Origin: Candidatus Nomurabacteria bacterium
Lineage (GTDB): Bacteria > Patescibacteriota > Minisyncoccia > Phycocordibacterales > SBAW01
Direction of reading: 5' to 3'
DNA length: 64,000 bases
NCBI GenBank assembly: GCA_943349945.1
Contig: CALQZS010000001.1
Span: 277,953 to 341,952, forward strand
In this document: positions 28,244 to 36,625 of the stretch, one piece after another
How the letters are laid out: every line of letters begins with the position of its first letter
Numbering within the stretch: position 1 is the first letter of the stretch
Notes under the pieces: model-generated
Told to the model about the DNA's origin: nothing
The model's input: the letters and a program-made list of their open reading frames with translations, nothing else
Database searches by the model: none
Translations under genes and position numbers: made by a program

Positions 28244-28852
28244 ATGAAGCTACTCTTTGCTCGCCTTGCAACTCGTCGCAACCAGCTGTGGCAGTGGTTT
28301 GTGCGGCATGCAGAAAGCAGGCATGCCTTGGCGTGGCTTGGGCTTATTGCATTTTTTGACACCATCTTTTTACCTATTGCACCGGAGATTTTTATGGTGG
28401 CGCTTATGCTGGCACACCCCAAGCGGTGGAAGGCCTACTTGGCGGTTGGCCTTTTGGCATCAACTGCGGGGGCGGTGGTTGGCTACTCGATAGCGTTCTT
28501 TTTGTTTACACAGTTGGGTCCGCTGCTGCTGCGTACCGAGGCAGTGCAACATGCCTTTTTGGCGGCGCAGCAGCTGTTTGGTTCGCACGTGTTCGTAACG
28601 ATGCTTACCACCTCTTTTACTCCGATACCAGACAAGCTATTTATATATGCCGCAGGTTTTTTGCAAGTAAGCTTCTGGCTCTTTATTGCGGGGCATGTGG
28701 TGGGGCGGGGTGCGAGGATGGCCGCCTTGGTATATTTGACCGGCAAGTATGGCAAACATGTGGTGGACATAGTTGATAGGTACTTTTTGTGGTTTGGGGT
28801 TGCGGTGGTGGCGCTTGCCGGTGCATACGCTCTGTTGCGGTGGTTATTTTAA
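28244..28852 (+). CDS. YqaA/DedA (VTT domain) membrane protein
   Basis: FLPIAPE, STAGAVVGY, FTPIPDK, GRGARM. Confidence 0.85.
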   Translation: MKLLFARLATRRNQLWQWFVRHAESRHALAWLGLIAFFDTIFLPIAPEIFMVALMLAHPKRWKAYLAVGLLASTAGAVVGYSIAFFLFTQLGPLLLRTEAVQHAFLAAQQLFGSHVFVTMLTTSFTPIPDKLFIYAAGFLQVSFWLFIAGHVVGRGARMAALVYLTGKYGKHVVDIVDRYFLWFGVAVVALAGAYALLRWLF

Positions 28853-28878
28853 AACTCTGAGGGTACAATGCCCACACA

Positions 28879-28950
28879 GCCCCTGTAGTTAAATGGATAT
28901 AACTGCGGACTTCTAAGCCGTTATTCTTGGTTCGATTCCAAGCGGGGGCA
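28879..28950 (+). tRNA. tRNA-Arg(UCU)
   Basis: GCCCCTG...CGGGGGC, loop CTTCTAA, GGTTCGATTCC. Confidence 0.92.
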
Positions 28951-28999
28951 GGAAAGGTACAAATATTCCGCCTGCGCGGAATTTTGTGCTTTCATGCCG

Positions 29000-29081
29000 G
29001 CCGGAGCGATGTCCTGCAATTGCGGGACCGCGAGGCGGGGTCGAGAAAATTCTGAGCGACGGCGAAGAATTATTCGTGACC
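29000..29081 (+). repeat. tRNA-trailing branched structured element (copy behind tRNA-Arg UCU)
   Basis: GCCGGAGCGATGTC..GACCGCGAGGCGGGGTCG..AATTCT-GAGCGACGGCGA-AGAATT..GTGACC. Confidence 0.82.
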
Positions 29082-29147
29082 ACAAAAAAAAGAACTGTTG
29101 AAATTCTTTTCCAATAAGGGTACAGTAGGGTTCGGCAACAGGCCGAT

Positions 29148-29223
29148 GCGCGGTTAGCTCAGTTGGTAGAGCAACTCATTTACACTGAGAAGGTCGGGGG
29201 TTCGAGCCCCTCACCGCGCACCA
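29148..29223 (+). tRNA. tRNA-Val(UAC)
   Basis: GCGCGGT...ACCGCGC, loop TTTACAC, encoded CCA. Confidence 0.96.
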
Positions 29224-29275
29224 AAAACAAAATCCCCGACAAAATCGGGGATTTTGTTTTTGGTATTGGGATGTA

Positions 29276-29361
29276 GTGAGGGGCTCGAAAGCCACAGACG
29301 CGACGGCGTCGAGGCGGGGTCGCAAAAATTTCCAGCAGGAAATTATTTGTGACCGAGTCTC
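29276..29361 (+). repeat. tRNA-trailing branched structured element (copy behind tRNA-Val)
   Basis: GTGAGGGGCTCGAA (reverse complement of 29201-29214)..GACGC-GACG-GCGTC-GAGGCGGGGTCG..AATTTCC-AGCA-GGAAATT..GTGACC. Confidence 0.8.
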
Positions 29362-29401
29362 CCTGATAGCCAAGTCTCTATATTTAGTGTTCACTGTAGT
29401 T

Positions 29402-30118
29402 ATGGACCCCACCGTACTCTACGAAGACGATTCTGTTATCGTCGTCAACAAGCCTGCTGGTCTGGCTGTGCATGCCGACGGCAAACACGACCGCGCAACG
29501 CTGGTGGACTGGTTGCTTGCCGAGTACCCAGATATTAAAGGAGTAGGGGAGCCACAAACGCTCGCCGACGGCACCACTATAGAGCGTCCGGGCATAGTGC
29601 ACCGACTCGACCGCGAGACGTCGGGAGTGTTGATTGTGGCGCGCACGCAAGAGAGTTTTGATTTTTTGAAGGAGCAGTTTCATGAACGCGAGGTGCGCAA
29701 GGTGTATCGTGCGTTTGTATATGGAAACATCAAAGACGACCGGGGTATTATCGACAAGCCCATTGGCAGCACTCGCGGCGGCACGGGCCCACGTTCTGCA
29801 AAAAACGCCTACGGGGTTATGCGCGATGCTCTGACCATGTACCGGGTTATTACCCGAACGCCAGAAGTGACCTACGTCGAAGTGTTCCCCAAAACTGGCC
29901 GTACGCACCAAATCCGTGTGCACTTTGCGGCCATACAGCGCCCTATAGTGGGGGACAGGCTCTATGCGTCGCGTCGCGAAGCAAGGCTTGGGTTCAACAG
30001 ATTAGCGCTTCATGCCTTATCGCTTACGGTCAAGATCCCTCGTGGGGGCGAGCGCACGTTTGAAGCGCCCCTACCCCCCGATTTTGTGCAGGCAGAGCAG
30101 GAATTGCGAAGTATTTGA
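29402..30118 (+). CDS. RluA/RluD-family pseudouridine synthase
   Basis: VNKPAGL, GIVHRLDRETSG, TGRTHQIRVH, LALHA. Confidence 0.94.
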   Translation: MDPTVLYEDDSVIVVNKPAGLAVHADGKHDRATLVDWLLAEYPDIKGVGEPQTLADGTTIERPGIVHRLDRETSGVLIVARTQESFDFLKEQFHEREVRKVYRAFVYGNIKDDRGIIDKPIGSTRGGTGPRSAKNAYGVMRDALTMYRVITRTPEVTYVEVFPKTGRTHQIRVHFAAIQRPIVGDRLYASRREARLGFNRLALHALSLTVKIPRGGERTFEAPLPPDFVQAEQELRSI

Positions 30119-30150
30119 GCCTGTGGTACAGTCCTGTAACCTATAGAGAT

Positions 30151-30645
30151 ATGAAATCAGCAGTCCAAACAACCCCTATAAACATGCAAGAGCGCGCAGC
30201 GCTTGGTATTCGCGCTGGCGACAGTGTGCGTGTATGGCAAAAAATCGAAGAGCTCAAAAAGAGTAAAGGCGCCAACAAAAAAGAGGTGGTGACTAAAAAC
30301 TACCGCAAACAAGCGTTTGAAGGTTTGGTCTTGGCGGTCAAGCACGGCAGCGAGCCTGGCGCGATGTTTACCGTCCGCAAAGTTGCCAGCGGTGTGGGGG
30401 TAGAGAAAATCTTCCCGCTCTACTCGCCTATGATCGACTCTATCGAAGTATTGCGTCGCACCCGTACCCGCCGTGCAAAACTCTACTTTATTCGCGAGAA
30501 GGCAACCCGCGATGTGAAGCGCGCAATGCGCAAGTCTGTCCAGGTTGAAAAAGCCGCTCCAAAAGCTGTAGAAGCAGAAGAGGTAGTAGAAACAGAGGAG
30601 CCAACAGCAGAGGCTCCACAAGAGGAAGTTGTAGTAAAAGAATAA
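30151..30645 (+). CDS. rplS: 50S ribosomal protein L19
   Basis: GDSVRV, QAFEGLV, FTVRKVASGVGVEKIFPLYSP, RRAKLYF. Confidence 0.96.
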   Translation: MKSAVQTTPINMQERAALGIRAGDSVRVWQKIEELKKSKGANKKEVVTKNYRKQAFEGLVLAVKHGSEPGAMFTVRKVASGVGVEKIFPLYSPMIDSIEVLRRTRTRRAKLYFIREKATRDVKRAMRKSVQVEKAAPKAVEAEEVVETEEPTAEAPQEEVVVKE

Positions 30646-30736
30646 TTATTCTCACAGAAGAACCAGAGAGATCTGGCTTTTTCTTTATAAACAATTGGTA
30701 TACGCTATTACCTTGAGGAAATGATACACTTCAAGT

Positions 30737-31408
30737 ATGGGGAAGCGTGGGTTAAAACCAAAAGGGAAAGTAAAAATAGCTTGGTCGCCAAATTTTGCGT
30801 ATGCAATAGGGTTGCTCGTTACTGACGGTTCTCTTTCTAAAGATGGTCGACACATTATTTTTGTGTCAAAAGACCTAGAGCAACTTAAGAATTTTATGAA
30901 AGCTCTTGGATTTAGTGCAAATATCAGCACAACTCGTTCTGGTTATACAGGGGAAATGACCACACGCGTTCAATTTGGAGATGTGTTATTTTACAATTTT
31001 CTTTTAGATATAGGACTTATGCCAAACAAAACGAAAGTTATAGATAGGGTGCATATACCAAACGAGTATTTTTTCGATTTTTTACGGGGATGTTTTGATG
31101 GGGACGGTTCCACGTATTCATATTTTGATCCACGCTGGAAGTCCAGTTTTATGTTCTATACCACTTTTGTTTCAGCAAGTGCGAAGCATATAGAATGGTT
31201 GCAAGAGGAGATCTCGAAACAAGCAGGCCTATATGGACATATTACAGGTCGTGGAAGTTCCAAGAGGGCTGTCCTTCAGCTCAAATATGCAAAAAAAGAA
31301 TCCCTGTTATTGCTTAAAAAAATGTACTACTCAAAAAGTCTTTTATGTCTTTCGCGTAAGCGGTTGAAAATTGAGAAGATGTTGCGTATAATCGGCGAGC
31401 AGCTTTAG
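30737..31408 (+). CDS. Free-standing LAGLIDADG-family endonuclease-like protein
   Basis: Two motifs: AYAIGLLVTDGS and DFLRGCFDGDGS; AT-rich; ends 8 nt before tRNA-Leu. Confidence 0.85.
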   Translation: MGKRGLKPKGKVKIAWSPNFAYAIGLLVTDGSLSKDGRHIIFVSKDLEQLKNFMKALGFSANISTTRSGYTGEMTTRVQFGDVLFYNFLLDIGLMPNKTKVIDRVHIPNEYFFDFLRGCFDGDGSTYSYFDPRWKSSFMFYTTFVSASAKHIEWLQEEISKQAGLYGHITGRGSSKRAVLQLKYAKKESLLLLKKMYYSKSLLCLSRKRLKIEKMLRIIGEQL

Positions 31409-31416
31409 AGACATCT

Positions 31417-31500
31417 GCCCGGGTGTTGAAATTGGTAGACATTTATCCTTGAGGTGGATAAGCCCTCACGGGCGTGGAGGTTCGAGTCCTCTCCCGGGCA
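31417..31500 (+). tRNA. tRNA-Leu(GAG)
   Basis: GCCCGGG...CCCGGGC, TATCC-TTGAGGT-GGATA, long variable arm. Confidence 0.95.
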
Positions 31501-31677
31501 CAGACAGAAAACATAGAAAACATAGAAAATAGCAAGACAAATATTCTATTTGTAACCAGAACAACTGACACGAGTGCTTAGTGTATTGGTGAACAAGTTG
31601 TTTCTGGGGTGTGAAGCTTTTTCGGATATAGTATAGTGTAAAAATAGTCAAAGCTATGAGATTTAATTTTGTACACT

Positions 31678-31956
31678 ATGGATCAAAATAATGAACCACC
31701 CCGGATAACATTTGAGAACGAAGGGCTTCAGCGGCCTGCTCAGGCTTTTCAAGCATCAACGCCAAAAATCGTACAATGGGTCATTCAGTATTCCGGCGGA
31801 CTTGTCAAAGATGAAAAACAAGCAATTTATGTTCTGGTTGGATTTGTGGCGGTGGCAATTTCTTTCTCTGTTTTTTCAGTTTTTAATGGAGGAACATTTG
31901 AAAGTCCGAAAGACACCGAGGTATTGCCTGCCGGATTATCACCATTGTTGCCATGA
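31678..31956 (+). CDS. Small single-TM hypothetical protein
   Basis: TPKIVQWVIQYSGGLVKDEKQAIYVL + TM; ATGA overlap with the pilin gene. Confidence 0.65.
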   Translation: MDQNNEPPRITFENEGLQRPAQAFQASTPKIVQWVIQYSGGLVKDEKQAIYVLVGFVAVAISFSVFSVFNGGTFESPKDTEVLPAGLSPLLP

Positions 31957-32525
31957 ATAAATCAAGAGGATTTACCCTCATTGAGCTTTTGGTAGTTATC
32001 GCTATCATTGGAATTTTATCCAGTATAGTGTTGACGAATTTAAACACAGCTCGTTCAAAAGCTCGAGATACAAAAAGAGTTGCTGAAATAAGGCAAATAG
32101 AAACAGCTTTGGAAATGTATCATGCCAATAACGGCAGATACCCTAACATAGTGCATGGACTAGGGTTTGATACTAATTGTGGAGGAGGTGTGCCTTTGGT
32201 TGTTGGTTGTGGGCACTGTCAACGTTGGTGTGCTCTTGAAACAGCCCTCGCTCCCCATATGAGCAAATTACCCCGAGATCCTCTAGGAACCGCTCAAAGT
32301 GTTTACTACTATGCGTACTCATCAAACGCAAACGACCAAATGTATGGCCTTATGGCGGTGTTAGAAAACTTGAGTACAATAAACCAAAATGATGGGGGCT
32401 ACTACTCCTCCGCTTTTGAGAGAGGACCACGTCCAGTTTATTGCGTGAATAAATATACAGGAGGCGGCGCAGAATGGTTAAATGTCTCTGGCGCTTGGTC
32501 AAATGTTTGTGCTGGAGGAAATTAA
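31953..32525 (+). CDS. Type IV pilin / GspG-like protein
   Basis: RG|FTLIELLVVIAIIGILS, ARSKARDTKR, LPRDP. Confidence 0.9.
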   Translation: MNKSRGFTLIELLVVIAIIGILSSIVLTNLNTARSKARDTKRVAEIRQIETALEMYHANNGRYPNIVHGLGFDTNCGGGVPLVVGCGHCQRWCALETALAPHMSKLPRDPLGTAQSVYYYAYSSNANDQMYGLMAVLENLSTINQNDGGYYSSAFERGPRPVYCVNKYTGGGAEWLNVSGAWSNVCAGGN

Positions 32526-32711
32526 CCACGAACGAAATTGAACCCAGTTTGTCCCAGAGTAAAACATCTCGTTAGCTGTCCGCTGGTATTGGTCTTGGGT
32601 TTATTGCACCGTTGTACTATTTGTCACAAAGAGAGCTTAAAAACCAAACACAGTAGCCGTACCCGTTTGGTCAAATATATGCTATAAAACAAGCGTCCTG
32701 TGCGTTTATAT

Positions 32712-32787
32712 GGTGCCTATGGTGTAAAGGTTAACACTCGAGTTTGTGGAACTCGCAATCTGGGTTCGATTCCCAGTAGGCACCCCA
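32712..32787 (+). tRNA. tRNA-His(GUG)
   Basis: G-1, GTGCCTA...TAGGCAC, CGAGT-TTGTGGA-ACTCG, C discriminator + CCA. Confidence 0.95.
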
Positions 32788-32803
32788 GAATAATTATTTA
32801 TAC

Positions 32804-33757
32804 ATGACCTATATACTATTGATCGTTGGTTTGGTGTTTTTGATTAAGGGTGCCGAGTTTTTGGTCGACGGTGCATCGTCCATTGCCAAAAAGTTTCGCG
32901 TATCTAACTTGGTTATTGGGCTCACGATTGTGGCCTTTGGTACCAGCGCGCCAGAGCTGTTTGTAAACCTCTTCGCCTCACTAAACGGCACAACCGACAT
33001 AGCTATAGGCAACATCGTAGGAAGCAATATTGTTAACATGTTGTTTATTTTAGGCATCGCGGCGATTATCTACCCATTGCGGGTTGGTAAGGGGACGGTA
33101 TGGAAAGAAATCCCACTCAGCTTGTTGGCGGCGGGGCTGCTGCTGGTGATGGCAAACGATGTATTTGTGGATGGTGCAGGCATCAATGCGCTCACACGTA
33201 TAGACGGCATAATCTTCGTATCCTTTTTTGTCATATTTTTGTATTACACCTTCGGTATTGCAGGTAACCAAAGCGCCGACGAGCAGCCAGCGCCCCGTGT
33301 GTACTCGGGGCCAGCATCAGCGGGGCTCATTGCACTTGGCTTGGTTGGCTTGGTGCTTGGCGGTCAGTGGATAGTAAATGGCGCAGTGGCTATTGCAGCA
33401 AGTTTGGGGCTGAGTGATGCGCTTATTGGTCTTACGGTGGTGGCTATTGGCACATCGCTCCCCGAGCTCGCTACTTCTGCAGTCGCGGCGTATAAAAAGA
33501 ATGCCGACATTGCAGTGGGGAACGTTGTTGGTTCAAACATCTTTAACATATTTTGGATATTGGGCTTGAGCGCATTTATCTCGCCGTTGCCATTTGCGCC
33601 AGTACTAACGTTTGACCTGTGGGTCACGGTGGGGGCAAGCGCTCTCTTGTTTGTTTGGATGTTTTTGGGCAAGCGGCATATCTTGGAACGTTGGCAAGGC
33701 GTGGTATTTGTCCTGCTCTATGTTGTCTACGTTGCGGCCATAGTGTGGCGGGGCTAA
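32804..33757 (+). CDS. Calcium/sodium antiporter (YrbG family)
   Basis: Duplicated GTS(A/L)PEL and GN(I/V)VGSNI alpha-repeats. Confidence 0.93.
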   Translation: MTYILLIVGLVFLIKGAEFLVDGASSIAKKFRVSNLVIGLTIVAFGTSAPELFVNLFASLNGTTDIAIGNIVGSNIVNMLFILGIAAIIYPLRVGKGTVWKEIPLSLLAAGLLLVMANDVFVDGAGINALTRIDGIIFVSFFVIFLYYTFGIAGNQSADEQPAPRVYSGPASAGLIALGLVGLVLGGQWIVNGAVAIAASLGLSDALIGLTVVAIGTSLPELATSAVAAYKKNADIAVGNVVGSNIFNIFWILGLSAFISPLPFAPVLTFDLWVTVGASALLFVWMFLGKRHILERWQGVVFVLLYVVYVAAIVWRG

Positions 33758-33790
33758 TCGCGTAAAAGTGGGCGGTGGTATACTGCAGAA

Positions 33791-34885
33791 ATGGAGGATA
33801 AGAAGCTTCGGGTGGGGATACTCTTTGGCGGCAAATCTGCCGAGCATGAAGTGTCTTTGCAGTCGGCAAAAAACATTGCTGACGCGATAGATAAAACCAA
33901 GTACGAAGTTTCGCTTATTGCCATAGACAAAGCGGGTAAATGGTTGCTGCCAAACCAAGCAGAGTTTCTACTCAACGCAAGCGATCCAAAAAAAATAGCG
34001 CTCAACACTACTGGTAACGATAGTGTGGCCTTGGTCCCACAAAGTAGTGGGGAAGTGACCAGTCTCTCAAACACCCAAACGCTCCCCAAGGTTGATGTGG
34101 TATTCCCGATACTCCACGGGCCCTTTGGCGAGGATGGCACTGTGCAAGGATTGCTTAAACTTGCGGGTGTGCCGTTTGTGGGTGCGGGGGTGTTGGGCTC
34201 GGCGGTGGGGATGGACAAAGATGTGATGAAGCGTCTGTTGCGCGATTCAGGAGTGCCGATTGCAAAGTTTGTGGTCTTGCATCAAGAAGAGTCTGTTGAT
34301 TTCGCTGCAATTTCTAGTGAGTTAGGACTCCCGTTGTTTATAAAGCCTGCGAACTTAGGCTCGTCGGTTGGGGTCAGTAAAGCAAAAAACAAGCAGGAGT
34401 TTGATGTAGCAGTAGCAGAAGCATTTGAATTTGATACAAAAATTATTGTCGAAGAGTTTATTGAGGGAAGAGAGTTAGAGTGTGGCGTCTTGGGCAACCA
34501 AAACCCCGAGGCTTCGGTGGTGGGGGAGATTGTGCCGCATCACGAGTTTTACTCATACGAAGCGAAATATCTTGATGAGGATGGTGCGGCGTTGGTGGTG
34601 CCCGCAGATATACCAAAAGAGGCAGCAGAGCAGTTGCGCGCCTTGGCGGTATTGGTGTTTAAAGTGCTCTCTTGCGAAGGCTTGGCACGAGTAGACTTTT
34701 TCTATACAAAAGAGGGTAAGGTATTTGTGAATGAGATAAACACGATGCCCGGGTTTACAAAAATAAGCATGTACCCGCGGCTGTGGGGTGTGTCGGGGGT
34801 GTCCTACACAGACCTCATTAGTCGCCTCATCAGCTTGGCGCTCGAGCGGTTTGTGCAGGAGCAAAAACTTAAAACAGCCAGGTAA
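33791..34885 (+). CDS. ddl: D-alanine--D-alanine ligase
   Basis: FGGKSAEHEVSLQS, LHGPFGEDG, GSSVG, FYSYEAKY, NEINTMPGFT. Confidence 0.96.
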   Translation: MEDKKLRVGILFGGKSAEHEVSLQSAKNIADAIDKTKYEVSLIAIDKAGKWLLPNQAEFLLNASDPKKIALNTTGNDSVALVPQSSGEVTSLSNTQTLPKVDVVFPILHGPFGEDGTVQGLLKLAGVPFVGAGVLGSAVGMDKDVMKRLLRDSGVPIAKFVVLHQEESVDFAAISSELGLPLFIKPANLGSSVGVSKAKNKQEFDVAVAEAFEFDTKIIVEEFIEGRELECGVLGNQNPEASVVGEIVPHHEFYSYEAKYLDEDGAALVVPADIPKEAAEQLRALAVLVFKVLSCEGLARVDFFYTKEGKVFVNEINTMPGFTKISMYPRLWGVSGVSYTDLISRLISLALERFVQEQKLKTAR

Positions 34886-34912
34886 CTTAGGGGGTGGTAC
34901 AATCGCACTACG

Positions 34913-35419
34913 ATGGCAAAGAAAGCAAAGAAAAAGCAAAAAGAGTATATGGAGCAACTGGCGCTCACGGTTACTCGTGCGGTCGGCTCTTTGGAGTCGG
35001 TAATCATCCACACATTCATTTTTGCGGGGAGTTTTGTATTGGTGCAGCTGGGGCTCGTGCCTTTTGAGCGGATGTTGCTTGTGTTGACCACCATTGTGTC
35101 TTTGGAGGCCATATACCTTTCTATTTTTATACAAATGACTATAAATTATACGACGCGTACTATCGAAAACGTCGAACAAGATATCGAAGAGATCCAAGAA
35201 GACATTGACGAAATCCAAGAGGACGTCGACGAGATTCAAGAAGACGTGGATGAAATTCAAGAAAATGTCGACGAGATTCAAGAGGATGTGGAAGAGATGA
35301 CCGAAGACGAAAAAGCAGAGGAGGCGGCGCAAGTGGGTCAAGAAAAAACACTCGACGAAATCCGCACAGGTCTACAAAAGCTCATGCAGGATGTTGAGAA
35401 GCTGCATAACCGCCCCTAA
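34913..35419 (+). CDS. DUF1003-like two-TM protein with acidic heptad-repeat coiled coil
   Basis: LTTIVSLEAIYLSIFIQM followed by repeated D(I/V)DEIQE. Confidence 0.75.
   Translation: MAKKAKKKQKEYMEQLALTVTRAVGSLESVIIHTFIFAGSFVLVQLGLVPFERMLLVLTTIVSLEAIYLSIFIQMTINYTTRTIENVEQDIEEIQEDIDEIQEDVDEIQEDVDEIQENVDEIQEDVEEMTEDEKAEEAAQVGQEKTLDEIRTGLQKLMQDVEKLHNRP
35165..35295 (+). repeat. 21-bp coding tandem repeat (about 6 degenerate units)
   Basis: GACGT(C/G)GA(C/T)GA(A/G)AT(C/T)CAAGA(A/G)-type units with synonymous variation. Confidence 0.85.
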
Positions 35420-35424
35420 ACACT

Positions 35425-35874
35425 ATGGCAAAAATACAAAGAAAAATAAGCGACAAGGCATTTGGGTTTTGGTCTGAGTTTAAAAATTTTGCTATCAAAG
35501 GCAATGCGTTTGATTTGGCAATTGCGGTGGTCATCGGTAATGCGTTTAGCGCCATTGTGAACTCGCTAGTGGCAGACATAATCACGCCGCTGCTTGGGTT
35601 TGTAACCGGCAGCACTACCGACATAAAAAAACTATCAATAGATTTGGCGGTAGGAGAGAATCAGATTTTGCTTAACTACGGTGCATTTATACAAACGATA
35701 GTAAACTTCTTTGTGATCGCGCTCTCTATTTTTATGGTGTTTAAGCTTATTTCTGTAGCGCGCCAGCGGCTGTTTGTCCAGGGTGAGGCGGCAGTCCCCG
35801 CACATACCAAGCCTGCACAAGAGCTCTTGCTCGAAGAAATAAGGGATTTGCTCAAATCTCGACCGAAGGGGTAG
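35425..35874 (+). CDS. mscL: Large-conductance mechanosensitive channel
   Basis: EFKNFAIKGNAFDLAIAVVIG, SLVADIITP, NYGAFI, LLEEIRDLLK. Confidence 0.96.
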   Translation: MAKIQRKISDKAFGFWSEFKNFAIKGNAFDLAIAVVIGNAFSAIVNSLVADIITPLLGFVTGSTTDIKKLSIDLAVGENQILLNYGAFIQTIVNFFVIALSIFMVFKLISVARQRLFVQGEAAVPAHTKPAQELLLEEIRDLLKSRPKG

Positions 35875-35892
35875 GAATGGTACAATGGGCCC

Positions 35893-36570
35893 ATGTCGGA
35901 ATCAAAAAAATTAGAACTTACCCCGTCGGTGTCCATTATTATCGCAGGCGCTTTGGTGGCGTTGGCAATCATCTTTACTAACAACTCTGCAGCTGGCCCA
36001 ACTCCTCTTGGGGTGCCCACAGCAGAGGCGCAGGTACGCTCTGTTGGTGCGGGTGACCACCTACTTGGTTCGCCGGATGCGCCCATAGTGCTTGTGGAAT
36101 TCTCGGACTTTCAATGTCCATACTGCAACGTCATCCACCCCACGCTTAAGAAAATTGTAGAAGAGTCAAATGGCCAAATTGCGTGGGTATATCGCCACCT
36201 GCCACTTACCAGCATCCACCCAGAGGCAGAGGCTGCTGCGGTGGCGTCTGAGTGTGTGGCGGAGCAGCTAGGGAACACTGGCTTTTGGAAGTTTGCAGAC
36301 ACACTGTTTGCAAACCAAGCACGACTTGGCTCTGCATATTACACAGAGGTTGCGGGGCAGCTAGGTGCAGACACTGGCGCGTTCGCTGCGTGTATGAATT
36401 CGGGCAAGTATGCAGACAAGGTGGCGGCCGACACCGCAGAGGCACAAAGTAATGGCGGCAACGGCACGCCCTTTACTGTAGTGGTCAATACAAAGACCGA
36501 CAAAACAGCAGCTGTATCCGGTGCGCTACCATACGCACAAATCATGTCGGTAATTAAATCGGTGCAGTAA
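35893..36570 (+). CDS. DsbA-family thioredoxin-fold protein
   Basis: EFSDFQCPYC, YRHLPL, GTP, GALPY. Confidence 0.92.
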   Translation: MSESKKLELTPSVSIIIAGALVALAIIFTNNSAAGPTPLGVPTAEAQVRSVGAGDHLLGSPDAPIVLVEFSDFQCPYCNVIHPTLKKIVEESNGQIAWVYRHLPLTSIHPEAEAAAVASECVAEQLGNTGFWKFADTLFANQARLGSAYYTEVAGQLGADTGAFAACMNSGKYADKVAADTAEAQSNGGNGTPFTVVVNTKTDKTAAVSGALPYAQIMSVIKSVQ

Positions 36571-36625
36571 CGTCCTCTTTGGGGTTGGTGTCTATTAATG
36601 TAATTAGTAACATAATCATAAACAT

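Noticed and set aside
30737-31500. Group I intron or intein hosting the LAGLIDADG ORF
   Set aside because: tRNA-Leu and rplS are uninterrupted, and no splice-junction or intein terminal motifs were seen
31506-31532. AGAAAACAT x2-3 microrepeat after tRNA-Leu
   Set aside because: Short, low-complexity sequence in an AT-rich tract; no further support
35165-35295. Possible CRISPR-like array
   Set aside because: Contiguous 21-bp units with no spacers, varying at synonymous positions inside a coding frame; no cas genes in the window
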